Shown here one piece after another: positions 15,430-24,000 of a DNA stretch of 24,000 nt. Source of the stretch: Candidatus Nanopelagicaceae bacterium (GTDB taxonomy: Bacteria > Actinomycetota > Actinomycetes > Nanopelagicales > Nanopelagicaceae); assembly GCA_049459795.1 (NCBI GenBank), contig JBMUDS010000004.1, positions 12,890 through 36,889 of the forward strand, read 5' to 3'. A model generated the notes under the pieces. The model was not told the origin of the DNA, searched no databases, and saw only the letters and a list, made by a program, of their open reading frames with translations. A program made the position numbers and the translations under genes. Position 1 is the stretch's first letter; each line of letters opens with the position of its first letter.

Positions 15430-16955
15430 TTGGACGGACTCAATCTGTGGCGTTGCATGGGATTGACGGTGAGATCGTGACCGTTGAAGTGGATATCGCT
15501 CCCGGTATTCCTTCCTTCGCACTACTGGGCCTTCCTGATTCTGCTCTCTCTGAATCACGAGAGCGGGTAAGGAGTGCGCTGACGCATTCTGGATTCCTTT
15601 GGCCACAAGCGAGGATCACTGTCTCGTTATCGCCAGCGTGGTTGCCGAAGACCGGCTCTGGATTCGATCTTTCGATTGCGATTGCGATTCTGGTCGCAGA
15701 TGGAAGACTCGATGGTGGGCTGACGGAAGGGCTTTTGCTTCTCGGCGAACTATCACTTGACGGACGAATCCGTCCTGCCCGAGGGATCGTTCCAGCGTTG
15801 TTGATCGCGCAGCGCAAAGGGATTAGGCGTGCGATCGTCCCTGAAGGGGATCGCCATGCTGCTCGACTCATTGAAGAGGTCGAATCCTTCGGCGTGAGCA
15901 CATTGCGCCAGGCGATATCTGTGATTTCCGGAAATATCCAGGAAGAGTTTTACGTAGCGAGTGAGATAGAAGCAATGTCGCATCCCACCCCATTGGATCC
16001 CCAGCACGACTTCGCTGATGTCGCCGGACAAGAAGAGGCGATCGAATTCTTAACCGCAGCCGCGGTCGGTAGGCATCATGTCTTGATGATCGGACCGCCG
16101 GGAACTGGGAAGACGATGCTGGCAGAGCGGATTCCGACCATCCTCCCACCACTCGATCGGAGTGAGATTTTGGAGGTGAATGCGATTCACTCCATCGTCC
16201 AACCCCTAGATGCGATTCGTCTCGTTCCACCATTCATCGCACCACATCACACCACGACGAAGGTCGCTCTCATCGGCGGTGGCTCTCAGATGATTCGACC
16301 TGGGGCAGCATCCCAAGCGCATCATGGTGTGCTCTTCATCGATGAGGCCCCTGAGTGCGATCCAGGAACGCTTGATGCTCTCAGGCAACCGATTGAGTCA
16401 CAGCGAATCTCTATCTCAAGGGCCAGTGGCACGTACCACTTTCCGGCCACCTTCATGTTGGTGCTTGCAGCAAATCCTTGTCCCTGCGGCCGCCTCGTTG
16501 GCCGCGGACGCGGTTGCACCTGTACCTCCGTTCAAGTAAGACGATACTTACAGCGACTATCGGGTCCGCTCCTTGATCGAATCGACATCACAATGAAGGT
16601 GGATTCCCTCAATCGGAGTGCATTTCAGAAGAATCGTTCAACCCTCGATAGCGCGACACTGAGGAAGCGTGTCCAAGATGCACGCGAAATCGCACGTGAA
16701 CGTTTTCACGGCGAGAGCTTCCAACTCAATGCGGATATACCGAGTGAAGCGCTCCGTGGCAGGTACCGCCCCGAGAAGCGAGCGATGGCACACCTCCTTG
16801 ATCTCTTAGACGATGGAGCGATCAGTGCTCGCGCACTCCATCGAATCATCCGTCTCGGATGGAGTTTCGCGGATCTCGCCGCGAAGGAGGTGCCAGGAGA
16901 CGAAGAGATCACACGTGCGATCGAGATGAAACAGGATCTTGCAGGTTCGCTATGA
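15426..16955 (+). CDS. comM: YifB/ComM family Mg-chelatase-like AAA+ ATPase
   Basis: It has a Lon-protease-like N-domain (HGIDGEIVTVEVDI), Walker A (GPPGTGKTM) and Walker B (GVLFIDE). It also has a Cys cluster (NPCPCG...GCTC) and a C-terminal Mg-chelatase domain. I place the start at GTG 15426, which overlaps the yraN stop (GTGA). The ORF-track start at 15324 lies inside yraN. Confidence 0.88.
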   Translation: MIGRTQSVALHGIDGEIVTVEVDIAPGIPSFALLGLPDSALSESRERVRSALTHSGFLWPQARITVSLSPAWLPKTGSGFDLSIAIAILVADGRLDGGLTEGLLLLGELSLDGRIRPARGIVPALLIAQRKGIRRAIVPEGDRHAARLIEEVESFGVSTLRQAISVISGNIQEEFYVASEIEAMSHPTPLDPQHDFADVAGQEEAIEFLTAAAVGRHHVLMIGPPGTGKTMLAERIPTILPPLDRSEILEVNAIHSIVQPLDAIRLVPPFIAPHHTTTKVALIGGGSQMIRPGAASQAHHGVLFIDEAPECDPGTLDALRQPIESQRISISRASGTYHFPATFMLVLAANPCPCGRLVGRGRGCTCTSVQVRRYLQRLSGPLLDRIDITMKVDSLNRSAFQKNRSTLDSATLRKRVQDAREIARERFHGESFQLNADIPSEALRGRYRPEKRAMAHLLDLLDDGAISARALHRIIRLGWSFADLAAKEVPGDEEITRAIEMKQDLAGSL

Positions 16956-17773
16956 CGTTGGATGCTGAGATGGAAGCGAGGTTGCAACTCTTCGATTCGA
17001 CTCTTCCAGGAGATAAGCGGATGGCAGATCAGATCCTCGAGCACGGTGCGATCGCCACTCGAGATCAACTTCACTCGGTGCGGAAGTTCCGCAGTGGTGA
17101 TGAGATATTGGAAGAGATTCATTCCGCTAAGGCGCGGTTCCTCATTCCCGGTATGGCGACATGGCCCTCTGGTTTCGCAGATCTCATGGTTCCTCCGATA
17201 GGGCTCTGTATCAGGGGAGTACTTCCGCACCTTCAGAGTGTTGCCTTAGTCGGTACGCGAAATCCCACACACTATGGGCTCAAAGTCTCACGATTGATCT
17301 CATCAGGACTTGTCGATCATGGGTTCGCCACGGTGAGCGGTGGCGCGCTCGGCATCGATACCGAGGTGCACCGGAGCACTTTGGATAGTGAGGGAATCAC
17401 GATCGCTATCTTGGGTAGCGGGCTCGCGGTCGAGTATCCCGCGTCGAATCGTCGCCTTTTCGAAGAGATCTCAGAACACGGAGCGGTTATCTCTGAAGTA
17501 ATGCCACATGTCACTGCGCGACCGGAACGCTTCTTGACCCGGAATCGACTGATCGCAGCGATAGCTTCAGCGACCGTCGTCATAGAGGCAGCCCATCGAA
17601 GTGGATCGCTACGGACCGCTCGAGATGCAGCGGAACTTCTTCGCCCTGTGATGGCGATTCCTGGGTTGATCACATCGCCGACGAGCGAGGGGTGCCATCG
17701 TTTGATCTCGGATCGAAGTGCCGAGATCGTCACTTCCGTCACGGATGTGGTCGCAATGATCTCTCCACTTTGA
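16952..17773 (+). CDS. dprA: DNA-processing protein DprA (Rossmann-fold core; short form)
   Basis: SVALVGTRNPTHYG, VSGGALGIDTEVHR and FLTRNRLIAAIASATVVIEAAHRSGSL are present. The ATG at 16952 overlaps the comM stop (ATGA). The ORF-track start at 16859 lies inside comM. Confidence 0.88.
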   Translation: MTLDAEMEARLQLFDSTLPGDKRMADQILEHGAIATRDQLHSVRKFRSGDEILEEIHSAKARFLIPGMATWPSGFADLMVPPIGLCIRGVLPHLQSVALVGTRNPTHYGLKVSRLISSGLVDHGFATVSGGALGIDTEVHRSTLDSEGITIAILGSGLAVEYPASNRRLFEEISEHGAVISEVMPHVTARPERFLTRNRLIAAIASATVVIEAAHRSGSLRTARDAAELLRPVMAIPGLITSPTSEGCHRLISDRSAEIVTSVTDVVAMISPL

Positions 17774-17817
17774 ATCACGTGTTCGGTCACTAAACGAAGC
17801 GGAGTTAGAGTTCTCCT

Positions 17818-18726
17818 GTGTTCAAGTCGGGGTTCGTCGCGATCATCGGTAGACCCAACTCCGGAAAATCAACGCTGATTAACGCGCTCCTTGGAAACAA
17901 GGTGACGATCACTTCACAACACCCCAACACGACCCGTAACGCAATACGTGCCATATTGACCACCGATGGATATCAGGCGGTACTCGTCGATACACCTGGG
18001 ATACATAAGCCGAAGACGTCACTTGGTAGAGAGCTCAATGCGATAGCGAAGGAATCGACGGAATCGGTGGATATCGTGATCTTCACTCTCCCTGCAGACG
18101 AGAAAGTAGGCAAGGGCGATAACTTCATCGCACGCTCGATCGCCGATCTTCGAGGGAGTAAGAAGTTCTGCATCGTCACCAAGATCGACACGGTCGGAAA
18201 GGATCGAGTGCTCCAGGCGCTTGCGGATGCCGCGCGACTCGCGGCGGAGAATGACTTCACCTGGGACGAGATCGTTCCGATCTCCGCGATCAAGGGGGAG
18301 CAACTCTGGATCGTCCAAGATCTGATCGAGAAATATCTACCTGAGGGCCCTGCTTACTACCCACCAGAGACCGTTGTCGATCTTGATCAAGAGACGCGCA
18401 TCGCCGAAGCGATTCGGGAGGCGACCATTGTCGGCACCCTTGAAGAGCTACCTCATTCGATCGCTGTGATGGTCAATGAGATCGAAGAGCGAAGCGAGGA
18501 GTTGGTCGCGATCGATGCCACTATCTTCGTCGAGCGGGAGAGCCAGAAAGGGATCATCGTCGGTAAGGCAGGCGCCAACATCAAGAAGATCGGGACGATC
18601 GCACGACCTACAATCGAGTTGATCGTGGGCAAGCGCGTCTATCTTTCGTTGACGGTTTCGGTCGCTTCGAAGTGGCAGAGAGATCCCAAGGCATTACGTC
18701 GGTTCGGCATCGTCCGAGAGAATTAA
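17818..18726 (+). CDS. era: GTPase Era
   Basis: G1 (GRPNSGKST), G2 (TTRN), G3 (DTPG) and TKID (G4) motifs are followed by a C-terminal KH domain (IVGKAGANIKKIG). GTG start. Confidence 0.92.
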   Translation: MFKSGFVAIIGRPNSGKSTLINALLGNKVTITSQHPNTTRNAIRAILTTDGYQAVLVDTPGIHKPKTSLGRELNAIAKESTESVDIVIFTLPADEKVGKGDNFIARSIADLRGSKKFCIVTKIDTVGKDRVLQALADAARLAAENDFTWDEIVPISAIKGEQLWIVQDLIEKYLPEGPAYYPPETVVDLDQETRIAEAIREATIVGTLEELPHSIAVMVNEIEERSEELVAIDATIFVERESQKGIIVGKAGANIKKIGTIARPTIELIVGKRVYLSLTVSVASKWQRDPKALRRFGIVREN

Positions 18727-19610
18727 CCGACGGGCGGCGTCGGTTTTCGACTAGCGAGGAACGAACCGAGCAGAACTAAGACGATTCCGAGCGTCATCGT
18801 TCCAGTCACGGGCTCTTTCAAGATGAGCGCCCCCATCAGTACTGCTACAGCGGTATTGATATAGACCGTCAATGAGGCGCGAGCCGGGCCGATGATGGAG
18901 AGAACTTTGAAGAAGACGATGAATGCGAGAGCGGTACAGACCGCGCCGAGTATGAAGACGCTCGCGATCGCATCGGTCGGAGGTACGGGAGTCGGAAGCA
19001 CGAAGAAGAGTGTTGGCAGATAGACCAAAGTCGCAACAGAGAGAGCGATTGCATTGATCGCAAGACCGGAGACCTCAGGGATCTTGTTATTGATCATCGA
19101 GACCGAACCGGCATAGAAGAGTGCAGCGATAAGGAGCATGGCGACAGCAATCAACTGCTCTGCGAATGTCGCACCTTCACCGACACCGTCGAATCCGACC
19201 AAGAAGAAGACTCCGATGAAACCCGTTCCAAGTCCGATGACACGCTTCCCATGCCAGACGGTCTTATCGCCATAAAAGTAAGCGAAGATCGAAGCCCATA
19301 GTGGCACTGTGGCAATCAGCAGGGCAGCAGTACCTGATGGCACGGTCTTCTGTCCGGTGGCGATCAAGAACCATGGAATGACCATCTCCCCGATACCGAA
19401 GAGTGCGATCACCTTCCAATGTTTCAAAGCAGGGATGAGAACGCCTCGGTAGTGAGCGATCGGCACCAAGATCAACGAAGCGATCAAGACTCGAGTGAAG
19501 ACGATCAGCGTCACGGGTGCCTCTGATTCGACGGCGATCTTGGTGAAGAAATAGGGAATGCCCCATAGGAATCCGATGAGCAGGAAGAGTGCCCACGCCT
19601 TCTTCGTCAA
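18723..19610 (-). CDS. EamA/DMT-family transporter (10-TM drug/metabolite transporter superfamily)
   Basis: The 295-aa polytopic protein has the duplicated five-helix EamA-like organisation. It uses a TTG start with GGAG 5 nt upstream. Confidence 0.8.
   Translation of the reverse strand: MTKKAWALFLLIGFLWGIPYFFTKIAVESEAPVTLIVFTRVLIASLILVPIAHYRGVLIPALKHWKVIALFGIGEMVIPWFLIATGQKTVPSGTAALLIATVPLWASIFAYFYGDKTVWHGKRVIGLGTGFIGVFFLVGFDGVGEGATFAEQLIAVAMLLIAALFYAGSVSMINNKIPEVSGLAINAIALSVATLVYLPTLFFVLPTPVPPTDAIASVFILGAVCTALAFIVFFKVLSIIGPARASLTVYINTAVAVLMGALILKEPVTGTMTLGIVLVLLGSFLASRKPTPPVG
18726..18747 (+). terminator. Candidate intrinsic terminator for era, embedded in the 3' coding end of the convergent EamA gene
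   Basis: accgacg (18726-18732) pairs with cgtcggt (18738-18744) across a 5-nt loop, followed by ttt (18745-18747). The stem is short, so support is modest. Confidence 0.4.
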
Positions 19611-19691
19611 TTGTTCTCCATCAATTCCCTGATTTTTCCCGCCAGTAGTTGCTGTTCCGATGAGACGAGGTCTCGAGTCTAATCAGTCGAT

Positions 19692-20882
19692 TCACTCGAC
19701 CAGTGCACGATAGAGATCGCGAGTCTGTTCCGCGATCCGATCCCATCTAAATTCTCTTTGTACTCGCTCACGCCCTGCCTTTCCATATCTCGCTCGCCGC
19801 TGATCATCCGCGTATAGGAGATTGATGGTCTCTGCGAAATCGAATTCGAAATCCTCGGGTTTAAGGGAGAGTGGAACCAGATCTCCCGTCACCCCATGCA
19901 TCACTACTTCAGGGATACCGCCGACACTTGTGGCGATCACCGGGCACTCGCATGCCATCGCCTCAAGATTGACGATACCTAACGGTTCGTAGATGGAGGG
20001 ACAGAGAAAGACTTCAGCATGAGTGAGCAACTCAGTCAATTCATCGTGAGTGAGCATCGATGGAAAATGCCAGATGTTCTTGCGCTCTTCTTTCAATTCA
20101 TGGATCAGTGTCTCGATCTCGCTACCGATCGCAGGCTCATCTGGGTTGCCTGCAGCGACAACCAAACCAAGGTCAGGTGTCACTCGTCGCCACGCTCGAA
20201 GAAGATGTGCGAGACCTTTCTGTCTTGTGATGCGTCCGACGAAGAGAGCGAAGGGTCCCTTGATCTCGGCTCGAGTCTGGAAATCCATCGAAGGATTAGG
20301 TGCGAACCGGTTGCTATCGATGCCGTTGTAGATCGTCTTCACCTTCGAAGAGTCAAGGAAGGGGTAGCTCTTCAAGACGTCTTCGCGCATCCCATCACTG
20401 ACAGCGATGATCGCGTCCGCATTTCGATAGGTGCTCTCTTCGATCCATGACGAGATCGCATATCCAGATCCGAGTTGTTCTGCCTTCCACGGCCGCAATG
20501 GTTCGAGCGAGTGGGCAGTTATGACATGAGGGATTCCTATGGCACGCCGCACCAGTTCACCTGCGAAATTGGCATACCAGGTATGCGAGTGGACGAGATC
20601 GATACTCGCACCTCGCCCGATTGCCATGGCGATGTCGTGATCGATCAGCATCGTCGCAAGCGCAGGATTGACCTTCCTCGATCCCTCATCCAAGGAAGGA
20701 TCCAAACTGTAGCCGTGGGCATCGTCGCGCGGACCATCGAAGCAATGAACATCAATGGTCAGAGAACCCTTCTCTGAGAGTGAACGTAATGCAGCCACTA
20801 AGTTGTTCACATGTACTCCAGCGCCACCATAAACCTTTGGTGGCCACTCGCGTGTGACCATTCCGATCCTGAGCGCTGACAT
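19692..20882 (-). CDS. glgA: GT4-family glycogen synthase / alpha-maltose-1-phosphate synthase (actinobacterial GlgA/GlgM type)
   Basis: The N-terminus MVTREWPPKVYGGAGVHV, the GT-B C-terminal motifs (FVGRITRQKG, CPSIYEPLGIVNLEAMA) and the divergent pairing with glgC match the mycobacterial arrangement. Confidence 0.85.
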   Translation of the reverse strand: MSALRIGMVTREWPPKVYGGAGVHVNNLVAALRSLSEKGSLTIDVHCFDGPRDDAHGYSLDPSLDEGSRKVNPALATMLIDHDIAMAIGRGASIDLVHSHTWYANFAGELVRRAIGIPHVITAHSLEPLRPWKAEQLGSGYAISSWIEESTYRNADAIIAVSDGMREDVLKSYPFLDSSKVKTIYNGIDSNRFAPNPSMDFQTRAEIKGPFALFVGRITRQKGLAHLLRAWRRVTPDLGLVVAAGNPDEPAIGSEIETLIHELKEERKNIWHFPSMLTHDELTELLTHAEVFLCPSIYEPLGIVNLEAMACECPVIATSVGGIPEVVMHGVTGDLVPLSLKPEDFEFDFAETINLLYADDQRRARYGKAGRERVQREFRWDRIAEQTRDLYRALVE

Positions 20883-20889
20883 GAGTAGA

Positions 20890-20895
20890 ACTATA
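20890..20895 (-). promoter_or_regulatory. Candidate -10 box (TATAGT) for a leaderless or near-leaderless glgA transcript
   Basis: Minus-strand TATAGT ends 7 nt upstream of the glgA ATG (20882). There is no Shine-Dalgarno sequence in between. Confidence 0.35.
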
Positions 20896-20935
20896 AGTCA
20901 GTGGATTACCTCTATCTTCGCGGAAATACCATCGT

Positions 20936-20941
20936 TAGACT
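20936..20941 (+). promoter_or_regulatory. Candidate -10 box (TAGACT) for a leaderless glgC transcript
   Basis: TAGACT fits the actinobacterial TANNNT pattern and ends 6 nt upstream of the glgC ATG (20948). There is no Shine-Dalgarno sequence. Confidence 0.35.
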
Positions 20942-20947
20942 CTCGAT

Positions 20948-22171
20948 ATGGTGAGCCGGAATAAACCGCTTGGAATCGTCCTTGCTGGTGGCGAAGGTAA
21001 GCGATTGATGCCGCTCACTGCTGACCGTGCGAAACCTGCGGTTCCCTTCGGTGGCTCTTACCGACTCGTTGATTTCGTACTTTCGAATCTCGTCAATGCT
21101 GGCATGACTCGCATCGCAGTTTTGACGCAGTACAAGTCACACTCGCTCGATCGCCACATCACCACGACTTGGCGGCTCTCCTCACTCCTTGGAAATTACA
21201 TAACGCCTGTTCCGGCACAACAGCGTCTTGGCCCTCGGTGGTATACCGGAAGTGCCGACGCGATCTTGCAGAATTTCAATCTCATCCAAGACGAACGCCC
21301 CGAACACGTACTTGTCTTCGGAGCGGATCACGTATATCGAATGGATCCCGACCAGATGTATCGAGAGCATCGTGAGAGCGGCGCCGGTGTCACGGTGGCC
21401 GCTATACGAGTACGACGTTCTGAAGCCCATGAATTCGGCGTGATCGAATTGGCTGAGGATGGTGTGACGATCAAGGCATTCCACGAGAAGCCTTCCGATC
21501 CTCCTGCGATGCCGGGAAACCAGGAGTATTCCTTAGTCTCAATGGGTAACTACATCTTCCGACGCGATGCGATGGAAGAAGCGCTCCTAGCCGATGCGGC
21601 TGACCCCGAGAGTCGACACGACCTCGGTGCCAACATCATCCCGATGATGACGAGACAAGGTCGCGCACGCGCATACGACTTCGCGCATAACCGAGTGCCA
21701 GGCGAGACCGATCGTGATCGTGGCTACTGGCGGGATGTCGGGACGATCGACGCTTATTACGAAGCACATATGGATCTCGTCTCGGTCCACCCGATCTTCA
21801 ATCTTTACAACGATGAGTGGCCATTACTGACGAACCCTCCGTCATTGCCGCCGGTCAAATTCTCGAATTATGGATCCGCACAAGAATCGATCGTCGGCGC
21901 GGGATCCATCATCGCTGGCGGGACGCTCTTCCAAAGTGTCGCTTCCTATGATGTGCAGCTAGGTCAAGGCTCTAGGGTCGAAGGCACTGTAGTCATGCCT
22001 TCGGTTCGGATCGGCGCGCATGCCCAGATCCGGAATGCCATTCTCGACAAGAATGTGGTCATCGATGAGGGCGCAACAATCGGCTTCGACCCAGAGCGTG
22101 ATCGGGAGAGGTTCACTGTCTCTGAAAATGGGATCGTGGTGGTCGGAAAAGGCGTACGAGTAACGCGCTAG
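20948..22171 (+). CDS. glgC: Glucose-1-phosphate adenylyltransferase
   Basis: [48 protein letters not shown] and a C-terminal left-handed beta-helix region are present. Confidence 0.93.
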   Translation: MVSRNKPLGIVLAGGEGKRLMPLTADRAKPAVPFGGSYRLVDFVLSNLVNAGMTRIAVLTQYKSHSLDRHITTTWRLSSLLGNYITPVPAQQRLGPRWYTGSADAILQNFNLIQDERPEHVLVFGADHVYRMDPDQMYREHRESGAGVTVAAIRVRRSEAHEFGVIELAEDGVTIKAFHEKPSDPPAMPGNQEYSLVSMGNYIFRRDAMEEALLADAADPESRHDLGANIIPMMTRQGRARAYDFAHNRVPGETDRDRGYWRDVGTIDAYYEAHMDLVSVHPIFNLYNDEWPLLTNPPSLPPVKFSNYGSAQESIVGAGSIIAGGTLFQSVASYDVQLGQGSRVEGTVVMPSVRIGAHAQIRNAILDKNVVIDEGATIGFDPERDRERFTVSENGIVVVGKGVRVTR

Positions 22172-23772
22172 AGCTTTCCGAGCGAGAGTCTCTCCAAGAC
22201 CTCTTCTGCACGTACCTTCAATTGGTCGAGATCCTTCAACCGATCCAATCCGCGAACCTGCTGTGCGATTCGATGGTTTCGCTTGAATTCCTCTCGATTC
22301 CGATCAAGGAAATCCCAGTAGAGAGTCGTGAAGGGACATGAATCAGGTTCGCTTCTCGTCTTGGGGTCGAAGACACACCCCTTGCAATAGTTCGACATTC
22401 GCGAGATGTAGGCACCGCCCGCTGCATAGGGCTTCGTCATCATCCGCCCACCATCTGCATGGACCCCCATGCCGATGACATTAGGAACCATCACCCAGTC
22501 ATACGCGTCGATGAAGACTTCGGACATCCAATCAAGAAACTCCTCAGGTTCAATGGCTGCAAGAAGTGCAAGATTCGATAGCACCATAAGGCGTGGGATG
22601 TGATGAACCCAGGACCTCTCACGAATGTCGGTGACGATTCCACGGACACATGACATCTCGGTCTTCTCCGGTTCGTGGAACAAGGGGAGGAGCGATCGGT
22701 GTGCGTTCAACTGGTTCTCGTGTCGATATCGCTCACCGAAGTACCAATAGATTCCATGGACATATTCCCGCCATCCGATGATCTGTCGGACGAAGCCTTC
22801 GATGGAGGAAAGAGGAACATCGCCTGCCTCGAATCTCTCGATCGCTCCATCGAGCACTTCTTGAGGGTGAAGGAGTCCATTGTTGAGATACGGACTAAGA
22901 AGCGAATGATGAACCTGCCAACTCTCTTCTGACCGGGGCATGGCATCTTCGAGTGGTCCAAAGCCCGTCAGGTGGTGATCAAGGAAGTGTTGGAGTTGTC
23001 GCAGCGCACCGGTACGAGTGGTCGCCCAGGTTCCCGTCGGGTCATCGCCCCAAAGATTCGGGAAGTTCGCTCGCAATTCCGAGAGCACCTCTTGATCGAT
23101 CTCATCGCGGTGGTGCTCGAGATACGGCGGCCACTGATATCCCTTGGGAGGTGGCAGGCGATTCTCATGATCGAGATTCCATGCGCCACCAAGGGGTTGG
23201 TTTCCATCCATCAAGATATTGAGACGGGTTCGTTGCGCTCGATAGAAGTTCTCCATCAGTAGCGACTTCTTAGAAGTGGCCCACTCGGCGAAGACTTCAC
23301 GCGGAGTGAGGAAGAGATCCGATGCGGTGATCTCGAATCCGCACTCTCGAAGTGTGCGATTCAATCGGATCGAGGCCGGCTGCATGGCAATCCTCGAGGC
23401 GCCTTTTGAATTCGGGAAGAGGGAATCGATTTCTGAAAATGCGCTTTCGAAGCTCTCTGATTTCAAGTAGCGAACTCGATATCCAGACTCTACGAGGGAG
23501 AGAGCAAAGTGTCGTGCTGAGGCGATGAGAAAGAAGATGCGCTGAATATGCCACCGCTTGCCACGTAGTTTCTCATGATTTTCGACGAAGACGATGAGAT
23601 CTCGATCCTTATCAGCATCGCGGATGATCGAACTTCGAAGCCAGAGCTGATCGAATGCAATGAAGCGGATCGCCTGGATGTGATCATCGCAACCTTCGCA
23701 AGGCAGGCTCTCCATGAATGGCATGACCCTAACGCTAGACTGCTCCCGTCGAAGATGACTAGTTGATTCCAT
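22168..23772 (-). CDS. Cryptochrome/photolyase-family protein of the Fe-S bacterial type (FeS-BCP / CryPro; probable (6-4) photolyase or CryB-like)
   Basis: It shows a COG3046-like photolyase-related architecture. Four Cys (C375, C463, C466, C479 in ORF numbering) have spacing C-x87-C-x2-C-x12-C. That is the same spacing as the [4Fe-4S] ligands I recall for PhrB/CryB. The start is uncertain: ATG at 23772 leaves only 21 bp to the divergent pfk gene, so in-frame ATGs at 23724 or 23715 may be used. Confidence 0.82.
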   Translation of the reverse strand: MESTSHLRREQSSVRVMPFMESLPCEGCDDHIQAIRFIAFDQLWLRSSIIRDADKDRDLIVFVENHEKLRGKRWHIQRIFFLIASARHFALSLVESGYRVRYLKSESFESAFSEIDSLFPNSKGASRIAMQPASIRLNRTLRECGFEITASDLFLTPREVFAEWATSKKSLLMENFYRAQRTRLNILMDGNQPLGGAWNLDHENRLPPPKGYQWPPYLEHHRDEIDQEVLSELRANFPNLWGDDPTGTWATTRTGALRQLQHFLDHHLTGFGPLEDAMPRSEESWQVHHSLLSPYLNNGLLHPQEVLDGAIERFEAGDVPLSSIEGFVRQIIGWREYVHGIYWYFGERYRHENQLNAHRSLLPLFHEPEKTEMSCVRGIVTDIRERSWVHHIPRLMVLSNLALLAAIEPEEFLDWMSEVFIDAYDWVMVPNVIGMGVHADGGRMMTKPYAAGGAYISRMSNYCKGCVFDPKTRSEPDSCPFTTLYWDFLDRNREEFKRNHRIAQQVRGLDRLKDLDQLKVRAEEVLERLSLGKL

Positions 23773-23793
23773 GATACGAAAGAGATCGTGACG

Positions 23794-24000
23794 ATGAAGT
23801 TCGGTGTGCTAACTGGCGGCGGAGATTGTCCGGGCCTCAATGCTGTGATTCGTTCCGTCGTTCGCAAGGGCGTGAAGGAGTACGGCTACGAGTTCGTAGG
23901 TTTCCGTGATGGATGGAAAGGACCTCTCGAGGGCTTGACGATGCCGCTCGATATCAAGGCGACGCGCGGGATTCTTCCCCGCGGCGGGACCATCCTTGGT
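23794..24000 (+). CDS. 6-phosphofructokinase (ATP- or PPi-dependent), 5' fragment running off the window
   Basis: My own translation from ATG 23794 gives MKFGVLTGGGDCPGLNAVIRSVVRKGVKEYGYEFVGFRDGWKGPLEG...RGGTILG, the canonical PFK N-terminus. It is absent from the ORF track because no stop lies inside the window. Confidence 0.88.
   Translation, partial: MKFGVLTGGGDCPGLNAVIRSVVRKGVKEYGYEFVGFRDGWKGPLEGLTMPLDIKATRGILPRGGTILG

Noticed and set aside
1-24000. Mobile element, prophage, defence island or horizontally acquired region
   Set aside because: There are no integrase, transposase, recombinase, phage or toxin-antitoxin-like genes, no flanking tRNA and no long inverted or direct repeats. Gene content is core housekeeping and metabolism with conserved actinobacterial synteny blocks.

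Overview
Gene-dense (roughly 90% coding) chromosomal segment with no rRNA, tRNA, CRISPR array, transposase or integrase that I can detect. Gene content and order point to a streamlined Actinomycetota genome, possibly a freshwater planktonic type; that taxonomic guess is inference only. The supporting signals are rplS-lepB-rnhB-yraN-comM-dprA, SepH/DUF3071, divergent GT4-type glgA/glgC, and many ATGA/GTGA/TAATG start-stop overlaps. Left to right: (1) a BMP-family (nucleoside-type) ABC importer operon on the minus strand. (2) A lone GyrA/ParC-like type IIA topoisomerase A subunit that stops exactly at the NTD/CTD boundary. (3) psuK-psuG pseudouridine catabolism genes and a divergent NPP/alkaline-phosphatase-superfamily gene. 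(4) A co-directional sepH - heliorhodopsin - MFS transporter trio. (5) An inositol-monophosphatase-family gene followed by a perfect 15-bp tandem repeat. (6) The housekeeping block rplS-lepB-rnhB-yraN-comM-dprA-era. (7) An EamA transporter. (8) Divergent glgA/glgC. (9) An Fe-S-cluster-type cryptochrome/photolyase (FeS-BCP/CryPro). (10) The 5' end of a 6-phosphofructokinase gene. The stand-out is the heliorhodopsin at 10335..11120, a light-sensing 7TM retinal protein family whose physiological role is unsettled. It sits 33 bp upstream of an MFS transporter and about 11 kb from an FeS-BCP photolyase. All calls rest on reading the supplied translations and DNA by eye. No database search was run.
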